This document shows positions 46,252-54,969 of a DNA stretch of 64,000 nt, in pieces. The DNA is from Vulcanimicrobiota bacterium (GTDB taxonomy: Bacteria; Vulcanimicrobiota; Xenobia; Xenobiales; JADMJV01). Each line of letters starts with the position of its first letter. The stretch's first letter is position 1. The position numbers and the translations under genes were made by a program. The stretch lies in NCBI GenBank assembly GCA_050250895.1, contig JBFWNU010000001.1, positions 1,672,008 to 1,736,007 of the forward strand, given 5' to 3'. The notes below the pieces were generated by a model that saw only the letters and a program-made list of their open reading frames with translations, was not told the origin of the DNA and ran no database searches.

Positions 46252-47657
46252 AGCGTCAACCCTACGATCAGAAACCCTACCAGCGCGAGGCCGCCGGCGA
46301 TCAACGCGTAAGGCATTTGAGTGCGCACATGGTCGATGTGGTCGGTGGCAGCGGCCATCGAGGCCATGATGGTCGTGTCGCTGATGGGCGAGGCGTGGTC
46401 GCCGAAGATTCCCCCCGAGAGCGAGGCCGCCACGAAGGGAGCCAACGGCAGCCCCATGGCCGAGGCGGCGGGTACGGCAACCGGCAGCATGATGGCGAAG
46501 GTACCCCAGCTGGTGCCGGTGGAGAAAGCGATGGCCGAGGCCACTAGAAAGACCACTGGCAAAAACACGGCCGGGCTCAGCGAGTTGGCGGCGATGCCGG
46601 CCACGAAAGCACCCGTGCCCAGGTCCCGGGTCATTTTGCCGAGAGCCAGGGCCAGCAGGATGATGAGGGCCATCGGCATCATGCCCTGAGCCCCTCTGAG
46701 GGCGGTGCGCGACAGCTCGTCCAGATTGGCTACCCTCTGGCTCAGCAGTAGCAGCCAGGCCATGGCCAGCCCGGCCAGCACGGCCCACAGGACCGAGGTC
46801 GAGCCGGACCCCTCGCGAAAGTCGCCGCCGCCGGTGAGGTAGAGTCCAGCCGGCATCATCACGATCATCACCAGCATCGGCAGTAGCATGTTGATGGCCC
46901 GGGGACGGTTGCCCTCGGGCATCGGCACGAACATGGTCTCGTCCATCATGGGTTGGGCGCCCGGCCAGAGCACCTCGCCGTTCTGAGTTCTCTCTTCGGC
47001 TTTGCCCATCGGTCCCAGATTGAGCGAAGTCACGGCCGTGACCAGGGCCAGGCCGGTGGCGGTGAGGGCGTAGAAGTTGAGGGGGATGGTCTGAAGAAAC
47101 AGCTGCAGCGGGTTTTCCACCCCGAGCGTGGCGAGAATCCCGATATTGTAAGCGCCCCAGGCGTTGAGGGGGATGATCATGCAAACCGGGGCCGCCGTCG
47201 AGTCGATCAGATAGGCCAACCGCTCCCGTGAGATCTTGAACCGATCGAACAAGGGGCGAGCCAACGCGCCAGCCACCAGGATGGTGATGTTGGACTCGAT
47301 GAAGATCAGCACTCCGGTCAGCCAGACCAAAAGCTGGGCCCGGCGCGGCGAGGTCATCCAGCCGCTGTTGTCGATCCAGTTGATGAAGCCTTTGACCCCC
47401 CCGCACGATTCGACCGTGCCGATCAAAGCGCCGATGACGAAGGTGAAGAGCACCACCCGGGCGTTGTCGCCGTCTTCGAGCACCTTCACGATGAGCTCGA
47501 TGGCCACCTGGGCGCCGACCAGGGGGTGGCCACCGCTGAGAATGCAGCCTCCCAGCCAGATACCGGCTCCCAGGGCCACGAAGACCTGGCGAGTCCAGAC
47601 GGCCAAAACGATGGCCAGCAGGGGCGGAAGAAGTGAGGTCCAATTGGGATCTGCCAT
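46248..47657 (-). CDS. Na+/H+ antiporter NhaC-family transporter
   Basis: SLLPPLLAIVLA, AYLIDSTAAP, GTSWGTF, GDHASPISDTT, DHIDHVRTQMPYA. Confidence 0.9.
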   Translation of the reverse strand: MADPNWTSLLPPLLAIVLAVWTRQVFVALGAGIWLGGCILSGGHPLVGAQVAIELIVKVLEDGDNARVVLFTFVIGALIGTVESCGGVKGFINWIDNSGWMTSPRRAQLLVWLTGVLIFIESNITILVAGALARPLFDRFKISRERLAYLIDSTAAPVCMIIPLNAWGAYNIGILATLGVENPLQLFLQTIPLNFYALTATGLALVTAVTSLNLGPMGKAEERTQNGEVLWPGAQPMMDETMFVPMPEGNRPRAINMLLPMLVMIVMMPAGLYLTGGGDFREGSGSTSVLWAVLAGLAMAWLLLLSQRVANLDELSRTALRGAQGMMPMALIILLALALGKMTRDLGTGAFVAGIAANSLSPAVFLPVVFLVASAIAFSTGTSWGTFAIMLPVAVPAASAMGLPLAPFVAASLSGGIFGDHASPISDTTIMASMAAATDHIDHVRTQMPYALIAGGLALVGFLIVGLTL

Positions 47658-47662
47658 AGTGG

Positions 47663-47691
47663 TTTACAAACTCTTAACAGTATGGTAATAT
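47663..47691 (+). promoter_or_regulatory. Sigma70-type promoter TTTACA-17-TAATAT with extended TG
   Basis: -35 at 47663-47668, -10 at 47686-47691; the -35 is also the first half of TTTACA-N5-TTAACA. Confidence 0.55.
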
Positions 47692-47697
47692 CGACGA

Positions 47698-47764
47698 GCA
47701 AACCAGATGGTTGGTATGCGTGTGAAGGTTAGAAGAAAGAGCGCTCCGGCGCTCTCTGTTTTTT
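47698..47764 (+). ncRNA. Candidate small RNA (about 65 nt)
   Basis: Promoter upstream, intrinsic terminator at the 3' end, no complete ORF inside. Confidence 0.4.
47738..47764 (+). terminator. Intrinsic terminator
   Basis: agagcgc-tccg-gcgctct hairpin followed by ctgtttttt. Confidence 0.7.
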
Positions 47765-47792
47765 GTACGGAGTTGTTTTCCCTGCGGAAATG

Positions 47793-47815
47793 AAAAAGAG
47801 CCCTTGCGGGCTCTT
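47793..47815 (-). terminator. Intrinsic terminator after 47838-48281
   Basis: aagagccc-ttgc-gggctctt hairpin; A-run on + strand is a U-run on - strand. Confidence 0.75.
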
Positions 47816-47837
47816 CGGCTGCCAGTGGGGTCAGGAC

Positions 47838-48281
47838 TCAGGCGACTTTGCCGGCCACTTCACCGTCGAGGCGACGCAACATCCCTTCCGAGTTGGGCAG
47901 GCTGATGAAGGCATGCTCGGTGCGAGCGCCCTCCCAGATGGTTTCGACCTTATTCTCGATAATCTCTTTGGTCTCCATACAGAAGACGATCTGTTGGGTC
48001 TGGCCCTTGTTGGGACAGAAGGTTCTCAGCACCACCTGGCGGTCGTTGCGGTTGACCAAAAGCTCCTGGCGCATGCCATGATTGCCGCCCAGGGTATAGA
48101 GCAAGGCGCGAGAGACGGTGTTGGCCTGATACTGCCAGCCGTCGCGCAGCATCTGAGCGGGCTTTTTCAGATAGCGGGTGAACCGCGGCGATTTGAGGTT
48201 GGTGATGGCGGTCAGCAGGCCCGCTGAGCGAACACCTTTGACCATCGTAGGAACTACGGCTGTTGAATACTTCGATTTCAT
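47838..48281 (-). CDS. Hypothetical protein
   Basis: 147-aa ORF with AAGGGG SD, its own promoter and terminator. Confidence 0.65.
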   Translation of the reverse strand: MKSKYSTAVVPTMVKGVRSAGLLTAITNLKSPRFTRYLKKPAQMLRDGWQYQANTVSRALLYTLGGNHGMRQELLVNRNDRQVVLRTFCPNKGQTQQIVFCMETKEIIENKVETIWEGARTEHAFISLPNSEGMLRRLDGEVAGKVA

Positions 48282-48344
48282 TTGACTGGCACCCCTTAAG
48301 CTGATACTGGTCTGATGGGTTCCTGCTTCCCACCTTACCCTCTC

Positions 48345-48429
48345 ATCTTAGACCCGAGTGCTCGCCGCAGTATTGCCTGGCGCGTGGAAATGTTAACGCC
48401 AGCTAAAAAGCATGTTAAAAAACCGTGAA
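48345..48429 (-). promoter_or_regulatory. Four 11-bp-phased half-sites with -10 TAAGAT
   Basis: TTCACG, TTAACA, TTTAGC, TTAACA at 48424, 48413, 48402, 48391; -10 at 48345-48350, 40 nt away. Confidence 0.6.
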
Positions 48430-48446
48430 CAAATGAACTAATTTCG

Positions 48447-50363
48447 CTACTCGCGAGTCAGATAGGTGTAGCCCCGAAGGCAGGTTTCGTAGTTCTCTAT
48501 CAGGGTTTGCGCCTGATCCAGGGTGATCGTTCCCTTGCCGGCGGCCTCTTCTGTCTTCTGGCGCACGTTCTCGACCAGGTCGGCCGGGTTGTACTGCACC
48601 CAGGTGAGGACCTCGGACATCTTGTCGCCGCGCACCACGTGCTCTACTTGATAGCCGCCATGGGGACCTAGCTGGATGTGGACGGCGTTGGTATCGCCGA
48701 ACAGGTTGTGCATGTTGCCCATGATCTCTTGATAGGCACCGCCCAGAAAAAGCCCCATGATATAGGGCTCGTCGGGATGCAAGCTGTGAACCTCGAGCAC
48801 GGGCTTGGTATCTTCGGTGCGGGCGATAAAGCGGTCGAGACGGCCGTCGCTGTCGCAGGTGAGGTCGGCCAGGGTGGCGCGCTCGGTGGGTTCTTCATCC
48901 AGACGGTGGATGGGCAAGATGGGAAAGAGTTGCTCGATAGCCCAGCAGTCAGGGGCCGAGCGAAAGACCGAAATGTTGGCATAGTAGGTCGAGGCCAGGA
49001 TGGTCTCGAGGGCGTGCAGATCGTCGGGCACATAATCTTGCTCGCGAGCCACCTCGAGGATCTTGCGGCAGCAGGCCCAGTAGAGACGCTCGGCCTGAGC
49101 CCGCTCGGGCAGGGTCAGATAGCCGAAGTTGAACAGGCTGACCGCTTCGCCCTTGAACTGGTTGGCGTCATGATAGGCCTCTTGATAGTTGTGTTCTTTG
49201 ATGGTGTTAAGGGTCTCGTAGAGGTTGCGAATCACGAGGTGCGAGTCGGGCTCAGGGGGTTGCGGGTTGGTGCGCGGCACCTCGCTGGCCCCGAGGATGT
49301 CGAAGATCAGCACCGACTGGTGCGAAGCCAGGGCGCGGCCCGATTCGGAGATCAGGGTCGGCACGGCCACTCCCTTTTCCTTACAGGCATCCTTGATGGC
49401 TGCCACCACGTCGTTGGCATAGTTCTGCATGTTGTAGTTCTTGGAGGCGTAGAAGTTGGTCTTGGAGCCGTCGTAGTCCACGGCTAGACCGCCGCCCACA
49501 TCGAGAAAGCCCATAGGAGCCCCCATCCGCACCAGCTGGACGTAGATCTGGCCGGCCTCGCGCAGGGCGTCTTTAATAACGTTGATGGACGAAATCTGGG
49601 AGCCGATATGAAAGTGCAACAGCTCGAGGCTGGCCAGCATGTCGGCTGCCCGCAGGCGCTCGACGGTCTCGACGATTTCGCTGATGGAAAGGCCGAACTT
49701 GGCCCGGTCGCCGGTGGAAATGCCCCAGCGCCCTTCGCCTTTGGTCATCAATTTGGCCCGGACGCCGAGATGAGGCTTGAGGCCCAGCTTGCGCGAGGTG
49801 GCGATGACGATGTCGACCTCACCGAGCTGCTCGAGCACGATGATGGGGTGTTGGCCGAGACGCTGGGCCAGCATGGCCGTCTCCATGTAGCTCTGGTCTT
49901 TGTAGCCGTTGCAGATCAGCAGGTCGCCGTCAGTGCCCAGTTTGGCCAAAGCGATCAGCAATTCGGGCTTGGAGCCGGCCTCGAGGCCGAAGTCGAACTG
50001 GCGACCATACTTCACCATGGCGTCGACCAGATGGCGTTGCTGGTTGCACTTGACCGGAAAGACGCCGCGATAGACGCCCTGGTAACCGTAGCGCGTGATG
50101 GCCTTGGCGAAAGCCGCCTGGAGCCGGCTGAGGCGGTCCTCGAGAATGGCCGGAAAGCGAATGATCAGAGGCAGCTCGAGCTTGCGCTGGCGCAGGGCAG
50201 CCACCAACTCATACAGGTCGAGCGAGCCGCCCCGATCGCCCTGGGGCGAGACGGTGATATGACCAGCCGCGTTGATGCTGAAGTAGGGATCGGCCCAGCC
50301 GTCAAGCTGGTAGAGCTGTTCTGAATCGTCGATGGTCCATTCCAGGGCCTGAGCGGTGTCCAT
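48447..50363 (-). CDS. speA: Biosynthetic arginine decarboxylase
   Basis: GVFPVKCNQ (PLP Lys), GLEAGSKPEL, HFHIGSQ, DVGGGL, DLTCDSDG, GAYQEIMGNMHNLFG. Confidence 0.95.
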   Translation of the reverse strand: MDTAQALEWTIDDSEQLYQLDGWADPYFSINAAGHITVSPQGDRGGSLDLYELVAALRQRKLELPLIIRFPAILEDRLSRLQAAFAKAITRYGYQGVYRGVFPVKCNQQRHLVDAMVKYGRQFDFGLEAGSKPELLIALAKLGTDGDLLICNGYKDQSYMETAMLAQRLGQHPIIVLEQLGEVDIVIATSRKLGLKPHLGVRAKLMTKGEGRWGISTGDRAKFGLSISEIVETVERLRAADMLASLELLHFHIGSQISSINVIKDALREAGQIYVQLVRMGAPMGFLDVGGGLAVDYDGSKTNFYASKNYNMQNYANDVVAAIKDACKEKGVAVPTLISESGRALASHQSVLIFDILGASEVPRTNPQPPEPDSHLVIRNLYETLNTIKEHNYQEAYHDANQFKGEAVSLFNFGYLTLPERAQAERLYWACCRKILEVAREQDYVPDDLHALETILASTYYANISVFRSAPDCWAIEQLFPILPIHRLDEEPTERATLADLTCDSDGRLDRFIARTEDTKPVLEVHSLHPDEPYIMGLFLGGAYQEIMGNMHNLFGDTNAVHIQLGPHGGYQVEHVVRGDKMSEVLTWVQYNPADLVENVRQKTEEAAGKGTITLDQAQTLIENYETCLRGYTYLTRE

Positions 50364-50428
50364 GGCGCGCTGCTTCTAACCGGCCGGGTGCCACACCTCC
50401 AGGGCCTGTCAGGCAGCCTGACAGGCTC

Positions 50429-50899
50429 TTAGTGGGATTTGCTCAGGTCGCCAGGGCGAAACGAGGCCTCGAAGGCCCTGGCCACCGGATTGTATGTTTT
50501 GGCCAGCGGCTCGGGATATTGAAACCAGAGCGTGTCCATCGAGCCCGGGCCGACGAAGGTCTTACGATAGTGGATGGTGCCTTCGTACTTCCACGAAACC
50601 ACAAACCACTTCTTGCCGGTGGCCTGATAGGACGGCTTGCCCGGGAGTTCTTGCAGGGCGCGCTGGTGAGCTTGCTTGAGGGTCAGGTTTTCGAGGTTGT
50701 TGGAGCCGTAGAGCCGAGCCTGAGCCCGCCCGTCGCTCGAAGTCAGGATGCAACCGTCGCCATTGGCCGGCTCTTCGCCCCGAGAAAAGCCTTGAGGTAT
50801 CTTCACCGAAAAGCCGAAGCGGGCGTTGTGATACTTCGTCTCGGCGGCCACCGCCAGGCTCAGCAAGGCCAGCAAGAGCAGAGTGGTCAGCCTGTTCAA
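50429..50899 (-). CDS. Secreted hypothetical protein
   Basis: Sec signal peptide ending AVAA; YHNARFGFSVKIP. Confidence 0.7.
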   Translation of the reverse strand: MNRLTTLLLLALLSLAVAAETKYHNARFGFSVKIPQGFSRGEEPANGDGCILTSSDGRAQARLYGSNNLENLTLKQAHQRALQELPGKPSYQATGKKWFVVSWKYEGTIHYRKTFVGPGSMDTLWFQYPEPLAKTYNPVARAFEASFRPGDLSKSH

Positions 50900-51864
50900 G
50901 ACTCCTCCAGCCAGAGCTCGTCTTTGAGCTCGGTCGCATCGACCTGCTCGAAGGTCGCGCCACCAAAGCGGTTGAGCAGGCCGCGAACCTTCTCGTAGAG
51001 AGGCTTGAGTTTGACCGAGCGCACCTGATAGGTGCCCTGCAACTGCTTGACCACCAGCTCGCGAGCCGAGCGAATTCTTAGCTGAAAGCCCGAACTGTCA
51101 CGGCCGGCGGCCTCGATGCGTTCGAGCAGATCCCCCAGGGCCATTTTCAAGGTGAGGTACTCGGCGGCGTCAGGGTGACCGCCGGAGGAGCCCAGTTCGC
51201 CCACGCTGCTGCGGCCGGTGCGAGTCTTGAGCAGATAGCGGCCCTTGCTCATAGAGAGCTCGTAGTCGGCTTCGGGCTTGACCTCGGCGGCGGCCAGGGG
51301 TTGTCCCAGGGCGGCCGCTTTGGCCAGCCGGTCGGCCTCTTCATTGAGTTCAGTGCCAGCGTGACCCTTGGTCCAGCGCAACTCGACGTTGCTCAGTCCG
51401 GCCCGCCGCAAACGCGACTCTACGCCGTCATAGACGCTCCAGAGATCGCGATTCTTATGGCGTTTGAAGGCCCCGGTGGCGCACTTGATCACGTACTGGC
51501 TATCGCACCAGACCACCACCTGTTTGGCCCTGGCGCCGTGCTCATCGACCAGTTGCCGCAAGGCCTCGAGAGTGGCCAATACGCCGGCGATCTCGGCCCG
51601 GTTGTTGCTGGTGGGCGGCTCTTGCAGGCGAGCCGGGATATGGCCGGCCAGATCCAGTCGATTCTTGCGCTTGGCATCACACAGGATCGAGGCAAAACCG
51701 GTCACTCCGCCGGGATTTTGCTCGGGGGCCGAGCCGTCGGTGTAGACGATCAAGCTGTCGAAGCCGGCCAGGGCTTGCCAGGCATCGCCTTGTTCGGTGC
51801 GGCTGGTGCGAATGGTCTCGAGAACCGAGAGCCATTCGGGTGGGCGAGTCGCGGTGGTGGACAC
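50896..51864 (-). CDS. rnhA: Ribonuclease HI with a second degenerate RNase H-like domain
   Basis: YTDGS, SNNRAE, CDSQY, WTKGHAG..LNEEADRLA; C-terminal AAEY...RELVVKQLQGTYQVR. Confidence 0.75.
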   Translation of the reverse strand: MSTTATRPPEWLSVLETIRTSRTEQGDAWQALAGFDSLIVYTDGSAPEQNPGGVTGFASILCDAKRKNRLDLAGHIPARLQEPPTSNNRAEIAGVLATLEALRQLVDEHGARAKQVVVWCDSQYVIKCATGAFKRHKNRDLWSVYDGVESRLRRAGLSNVELRWTKGHAGTELNEEADRLAKAAALGQPLAAAEVKPEADYELSMSKGRYLLKTRTGRSSVGELGSSGGHPDAAEYLTLKMALGDLLERIEAAGRDSSGFQLRIRSARELVVKQLQGTYQVRSVKLKPLYEKVRGLLNRFGGATFEQVDATELKDELWLEES

Positions 51865-51932
51865 GTTGGCGTCTTCTGGGCTCAGCCGGGAAACCCTTGC
51901 CCTTTCTTTTGTTGATGTGTAATATTGGCAGC

Positions 51933-52520
51933 ATGATTCCGCAGCGTCAGATCCGAGCTGACTACGATAGGGACACCATCGTCGTTTACCAGGCCTACCG
52001 TCCGGCCATCGCCGAGGCTGCCCTGGCCGCGGGTCGCTTCGTGGCTCCGTTCTCTTTTTGCCGGATGACCTGGATCAAGCCCTCGTTTCTCTGGATGATG
52101 GAGCGTTGCGGCTATGCCAGCAAGGCAGGGCAGACACGAGTACTGGCCGTGCGCATCACTCGAACCGGCTGGGAGAAGGCTCTGGCCGCGGCGGTCCTGA
52201 CCCACCCCGGCCCAGGTCGATCGGCCGACCAGTGGCGTCAACAGCTCGAGCAGGCCCCAATTCGCGTCCAGTGGGACCCTGAACGTTCTCTGCGCGGAGC
52301 TAAGCTCAACCATCGCTCCATCCAGGTGGGGATCGGTCGTCAGCTGAGTCAGGAATACGCCAACCATTGGACCGTGTCCATCGAAGATCGGACGCCGCTG
52401 ACCCAGAAGTTGCGCCAGTTGCGGTTAGAGGGTCGCTGGGAGGCGGCTCGCCAGTTGCTGCCTAAAGAGCGACCCTATCCGATTGACGAGGCCGTGGCTC
52501 AGCGCCTGGAGATGTTTTAA
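51933..52520 (+). CDS. DUF4291 family protein
   Basis: IRADYDRDTIVVYQAY, RMTWIKPSFLWMMERCG, VQWDPER; TTGCCC-17-TAATAT-7-ATG. Confidence 0.85.
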   Translation: MIPQRQIRADYDRDTIVVYQAYRPAIAEAALAAGRFVAPFSFCRMTWIKPSFLWMMERCGYASKAGQTRVLAVRITRTGWEKALAAAVLTHPGPGRSADQWRQQLEQAPIRVQWDPERSLRGAKLNHRSIQVGIGRQLSQEYANHWTVSIEDRTPLTQKLRQLRLEGRWEAARQLLPKERPYPIDEAVAQRLEMF

Positions 52521-52577
52521 CAACCGGGCCGGCTGCATCCAAAGTCCATTCCAAAGCGCTCCTACTAAAGTCGGGAT

Positions 52578-52901
52578 ATGAGAGTAGTGCGCAGATTAGG
52601 AAATGACACCTCGGTCACCGTTGCCCCACCGGGTAGTCACACCCTGGAAGGGGCTATCTATCACGAAGTTCGCCGGCAAAGGCTGAAGCGGCGCTTTGCC
52701 CTGCTGAATGCCAGTTGGGCCGAAGTCGATAGCGATGACGAGTTGGCCCGTCGGGTCTTGCGGACGCAAGGGGAGAGCCCCTGGTCGGACAATGCCAACA
52801 GTGATGGACGACAGGCGGCGTGGGGTGCGGCTGGCTTGCCAGCGCGACATCTCGGTGGACATGGGCCTGGCCCGGTTCGAGGCCAGAGCCCTCGACTTTA
52901 G
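52578..52901 (+). CDS. Small hypothetical protein
   Basis: TAAAGT-6-ATG start; overlaps the PilZ gene, so uncertain. Confidence 0.3.
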   Translation: MRVVRRLGNDTSVTVAPPGSHTLEGAIYHEVRRQRLKRRFALLNASWAEVDSDDELARRVLRTQGESPWSDNANSDGRQAAWGAAGLPARHLGGHGPGPVRGQSPRL

Positions 52902-53481
52902 CTGGGGGGGTGTCCTGCTCGCGAGCGAGCGGGCCTTAGCTCCCGGCTCGACCATTCGCCTCGAGCTGGTCGCCGACCGCCGTCACCTGCCCGCCTCGGC
53001 CTGGGCTGAAGTTCGCTGGTGCGTTCCGACCGAGGGGGCTTTCCTGGTGGGCTGCCAGCTTTACGACAGCACGCAGTATCCCATGGACGACCTGGTGCGT
53101 AGCCTGCTGGTCGAGCAAGAGCTGCCCGGCCGGCGTAGCGACTATCGCTTCCGCACCCGTCTGCCGGCCCGCTTCGGCCTGGGCGGCGCGAGCCGCACTG
53201 GCATGGTCATGGACCTGTCTGCGGGCGGTCTGAGGCTGCTCACGACGCCGCCCCTGGCGGTGGGCCAGAAGCTGCGGCTGAGCATCTCGGCGCCCGGGGA
53301 CCTATCGCGCATTCTGCTGGCTTGCGAGGTGTTGTCGGTGGACGCGAACTTGCACAGCCTGCGAATCACCAGCCTGTCGGCCGGCGATCTGCGCTTGCTC
53401 AGTTTCTATCTGTTGGAACTCTTGCGCAAAGCCCGGCCGGTTCAGCGGCTGGCGGCCAGCATCGCACCGTCACCCAGATAA
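52804..53481 (+). CDS. Tandem PilZ-domain protein
   Basis: RRRGVR...DFSWGG and RRSDYR...DLSAGG (RxxxR and DxSxxG, twice). Confidence 0.85.
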   Translation: MDDRRRGVRLACQRDISVDMGLARFEARALDFSWGGVLLASERALAPGSTIRLELVADRRHLPASAWAEVRWCVPTEGAFLVGCQLYDSTQYPMDDLVRSLLVEQELPGRRSDYRFRTRLPARFGLGGASRTGMVMDLSAGGLRLLTTPPLAVGQKLRLSISAPGDLSRILLACEVLSVDANLHSLRITSLSAGDLRLLSFYLLELLRKARPVQRLAASIAPSPR

Positions 53482-53729
53482 GCGACATTCTGCCAGGGAA
53501 CGAACTGCCGAGGAACCTGGGCATCCTGGGCCACTCCGACCACCAGACCGAACTCGTCGAGATGCAGGATCTCGCCTTCAGAGTCGGGTTTGTAGCCATA
53601 GTTGCTGATAGGGGCGATGGTGGCCAGACGCACCCAGGCCGGGCACTCTTCGACATGCAGCCGGGCCGCGATGGCTTTAGAAACGCCGTTCTTGGGATCA
53701 ACCTTCAGTAGATAGAGTAGTTCTTCCAA
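53442..53729 (-). CDS. Small hypothetical protein following the splicease gene
   Basis: TTG start with GAGGAGG/GAGG upstream, 13 nt after the rSAM stop. Confidence 0.6.
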   Translation of the reverse strand: MEELLYLLKVDPKNGVSKAIAARLHVEECPAWVRLATIAPISNYGYKPDSEGEILHLDEFGLVVGVAQDAQVPRQFVPWQNVAYLGDGAMLAASR

Positions 53730-53742
53730 CCTCTTGTCCTCC

Positions 53743-54969
53743 TCAATTGGATGGCCAGTCGGAGGGCCAGTCGACCTTCTCGAGGCTAAAGCGCATCTCG
53801 TCGTCAGCCGGCCATTCGGCCTCGAGCGGCTCGACCACGAGATCGAACTCGCCGTTGTCAAAGGGCACCCCCGGAGCCTGGTGTTTTACGAAAAATCTCT
53901 CGCGAAGCCCTCTTTCGGCCTGGACCAGCGCCCGATGATGACAATACGGGTTGTTGCCCCGGCGGTCGAAGAAGACATGCGAGGTCCACGAGCAACCCCC
54001 TCGGCACAGCTCGGCGTGATCGCACTCGCGGCAGAATCCCCACAGGTGACTGGTGCCGGCCGGCGTGCCGGCCCCCTGGTTGAAGTTCAGCTCGGGCGTG
54101 CGCCGGATGATGTCAGAGAGCTTTCGCTGGCGAATGTTACCCCCGGTATAGGCCGAGGTCGGTAGAGAGGGGCAGCCTTTGATAGCTCCGTCGGCCTCGA
54201 TGCCCAGGGTGTAAAGGCCGGCCTGGCAACCCATCCACAGGCCGCCGCCGCCGGCGCTACGCAGAATGCGCTCGAAGGGACCGTAGTAGCCGATGTTGTT
54301 ACCGGGCAAAACCAGCACTCCCTCGCGATTGGCTCGGGTCACCACTCGGGCCAGCATGGGATAGAGATGGAGCAGCTCGTAAGGCTGCAACAGAATGTGA
54401 TGGTTGTCGGCAGCGTTGCCCATGGGCACGGTCAGTTGGATCTGCCAGGCGGTGGCCCCGGCCTGTTGGATCTGTCGATAGAGCCGGGGCAATTCGGGAG
54501 CCGACAGCCGGTTGAGCTGAGTATTGCAGCCAAAGGGCAGACCCACGGTCCGAAAGTGCTCCATGGTGCGAAAGCACATTGCCCACGACCCCTCACGACC
54601 GCGCAGGTGGTCATGAGTGGCCTCGAGGCCGTCGACCGAGACCGAGACCCGGGCGATGCCGGCCTCGACCATCTTTTCCGCGGTGCCCCGCGAGATGCCG
54701 AAGCCTCCGGTGGTCATGGTGGCCACCATGCCGTGGTCGTTGATGGCCCGAGCGATCTCGAGCCAATCGCGACGCAAGAAAGCCTCGCCCCCGATCAGGC
54801 TGACCTCGCCGATGCCGGCCTCGGCCATCTGGCGCACCAGATCCAGGGCCTCGGCGGTGGAGAGTTCGTCTTGACGGGCTTCGCCAGCCCGCGAGCCGCA
54901 GTGGCTACAGGCCAGGTTGCATTTGAGGGTGATTTCCCAAACGGCGTAGCTGGTGCGGCGATAGCTCAA
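53743..54969 (-). CDS. Radical SAM/SPASM splicease (PlpX/PcpX-like tyramine-excision enzyme)
   Basis: YRRTSYAVWEITLKCNLACSHCGSRAG, IGGEAFLRRDW, PGNNIGYYGP, GCQAG...IKGCPSL, CRECDHAELCRGGCSWT...NNPYCHHR. Confidence 0.85.
   Translation of the reverse strand: MSYRRTSYAVWEITLKCNLACSHCGSRAGEARQDELSTAEALDLVRQMAEAGIGEVSLIGGEAFLRRDWLEIARAINDHGMVATMTTGGFGISRGTAEKMVEAGIARVSVSVDGLEATHDHLRGREGSWAMCFRTMEHFRTVGLPFGCNTQLNRLSAPELPRLYRQIQQAGATAWQIQLTVPMGNAADNHHILLQPYELLHLYPMLARVVTRANREGVLVLPGNNIGYYGPFERILRSAGGGGLWMGCQAGLYTLGIEADGAIKGCPSLPTSAYTGGNIRQRKLSDIIRRTPELNFNQGAGTPAGTSHLWGFCRECDHAELCRGGCSWTSHVFFDRRGNNPYCHHRALVQAERGLRERFFVKHQAPGVPFDNGEFDLVVEPLEAEWPADDEMRFSLEKVDWPSDWPSN

Noticed and set aside
46228-47643. 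471-aa alternative-frame ORF overlapping the nhaC-family gene
   Set aside because: Arg/Gly/Pro-rich off-frame translation; the antiporter frame has clear family motifs.
47658-47840. Riboswitch upstream of the nhaC-family gene
   Set aside because: No recognisable lysine or sodium riboswitch consensus; the hairpins are explained as terminators.
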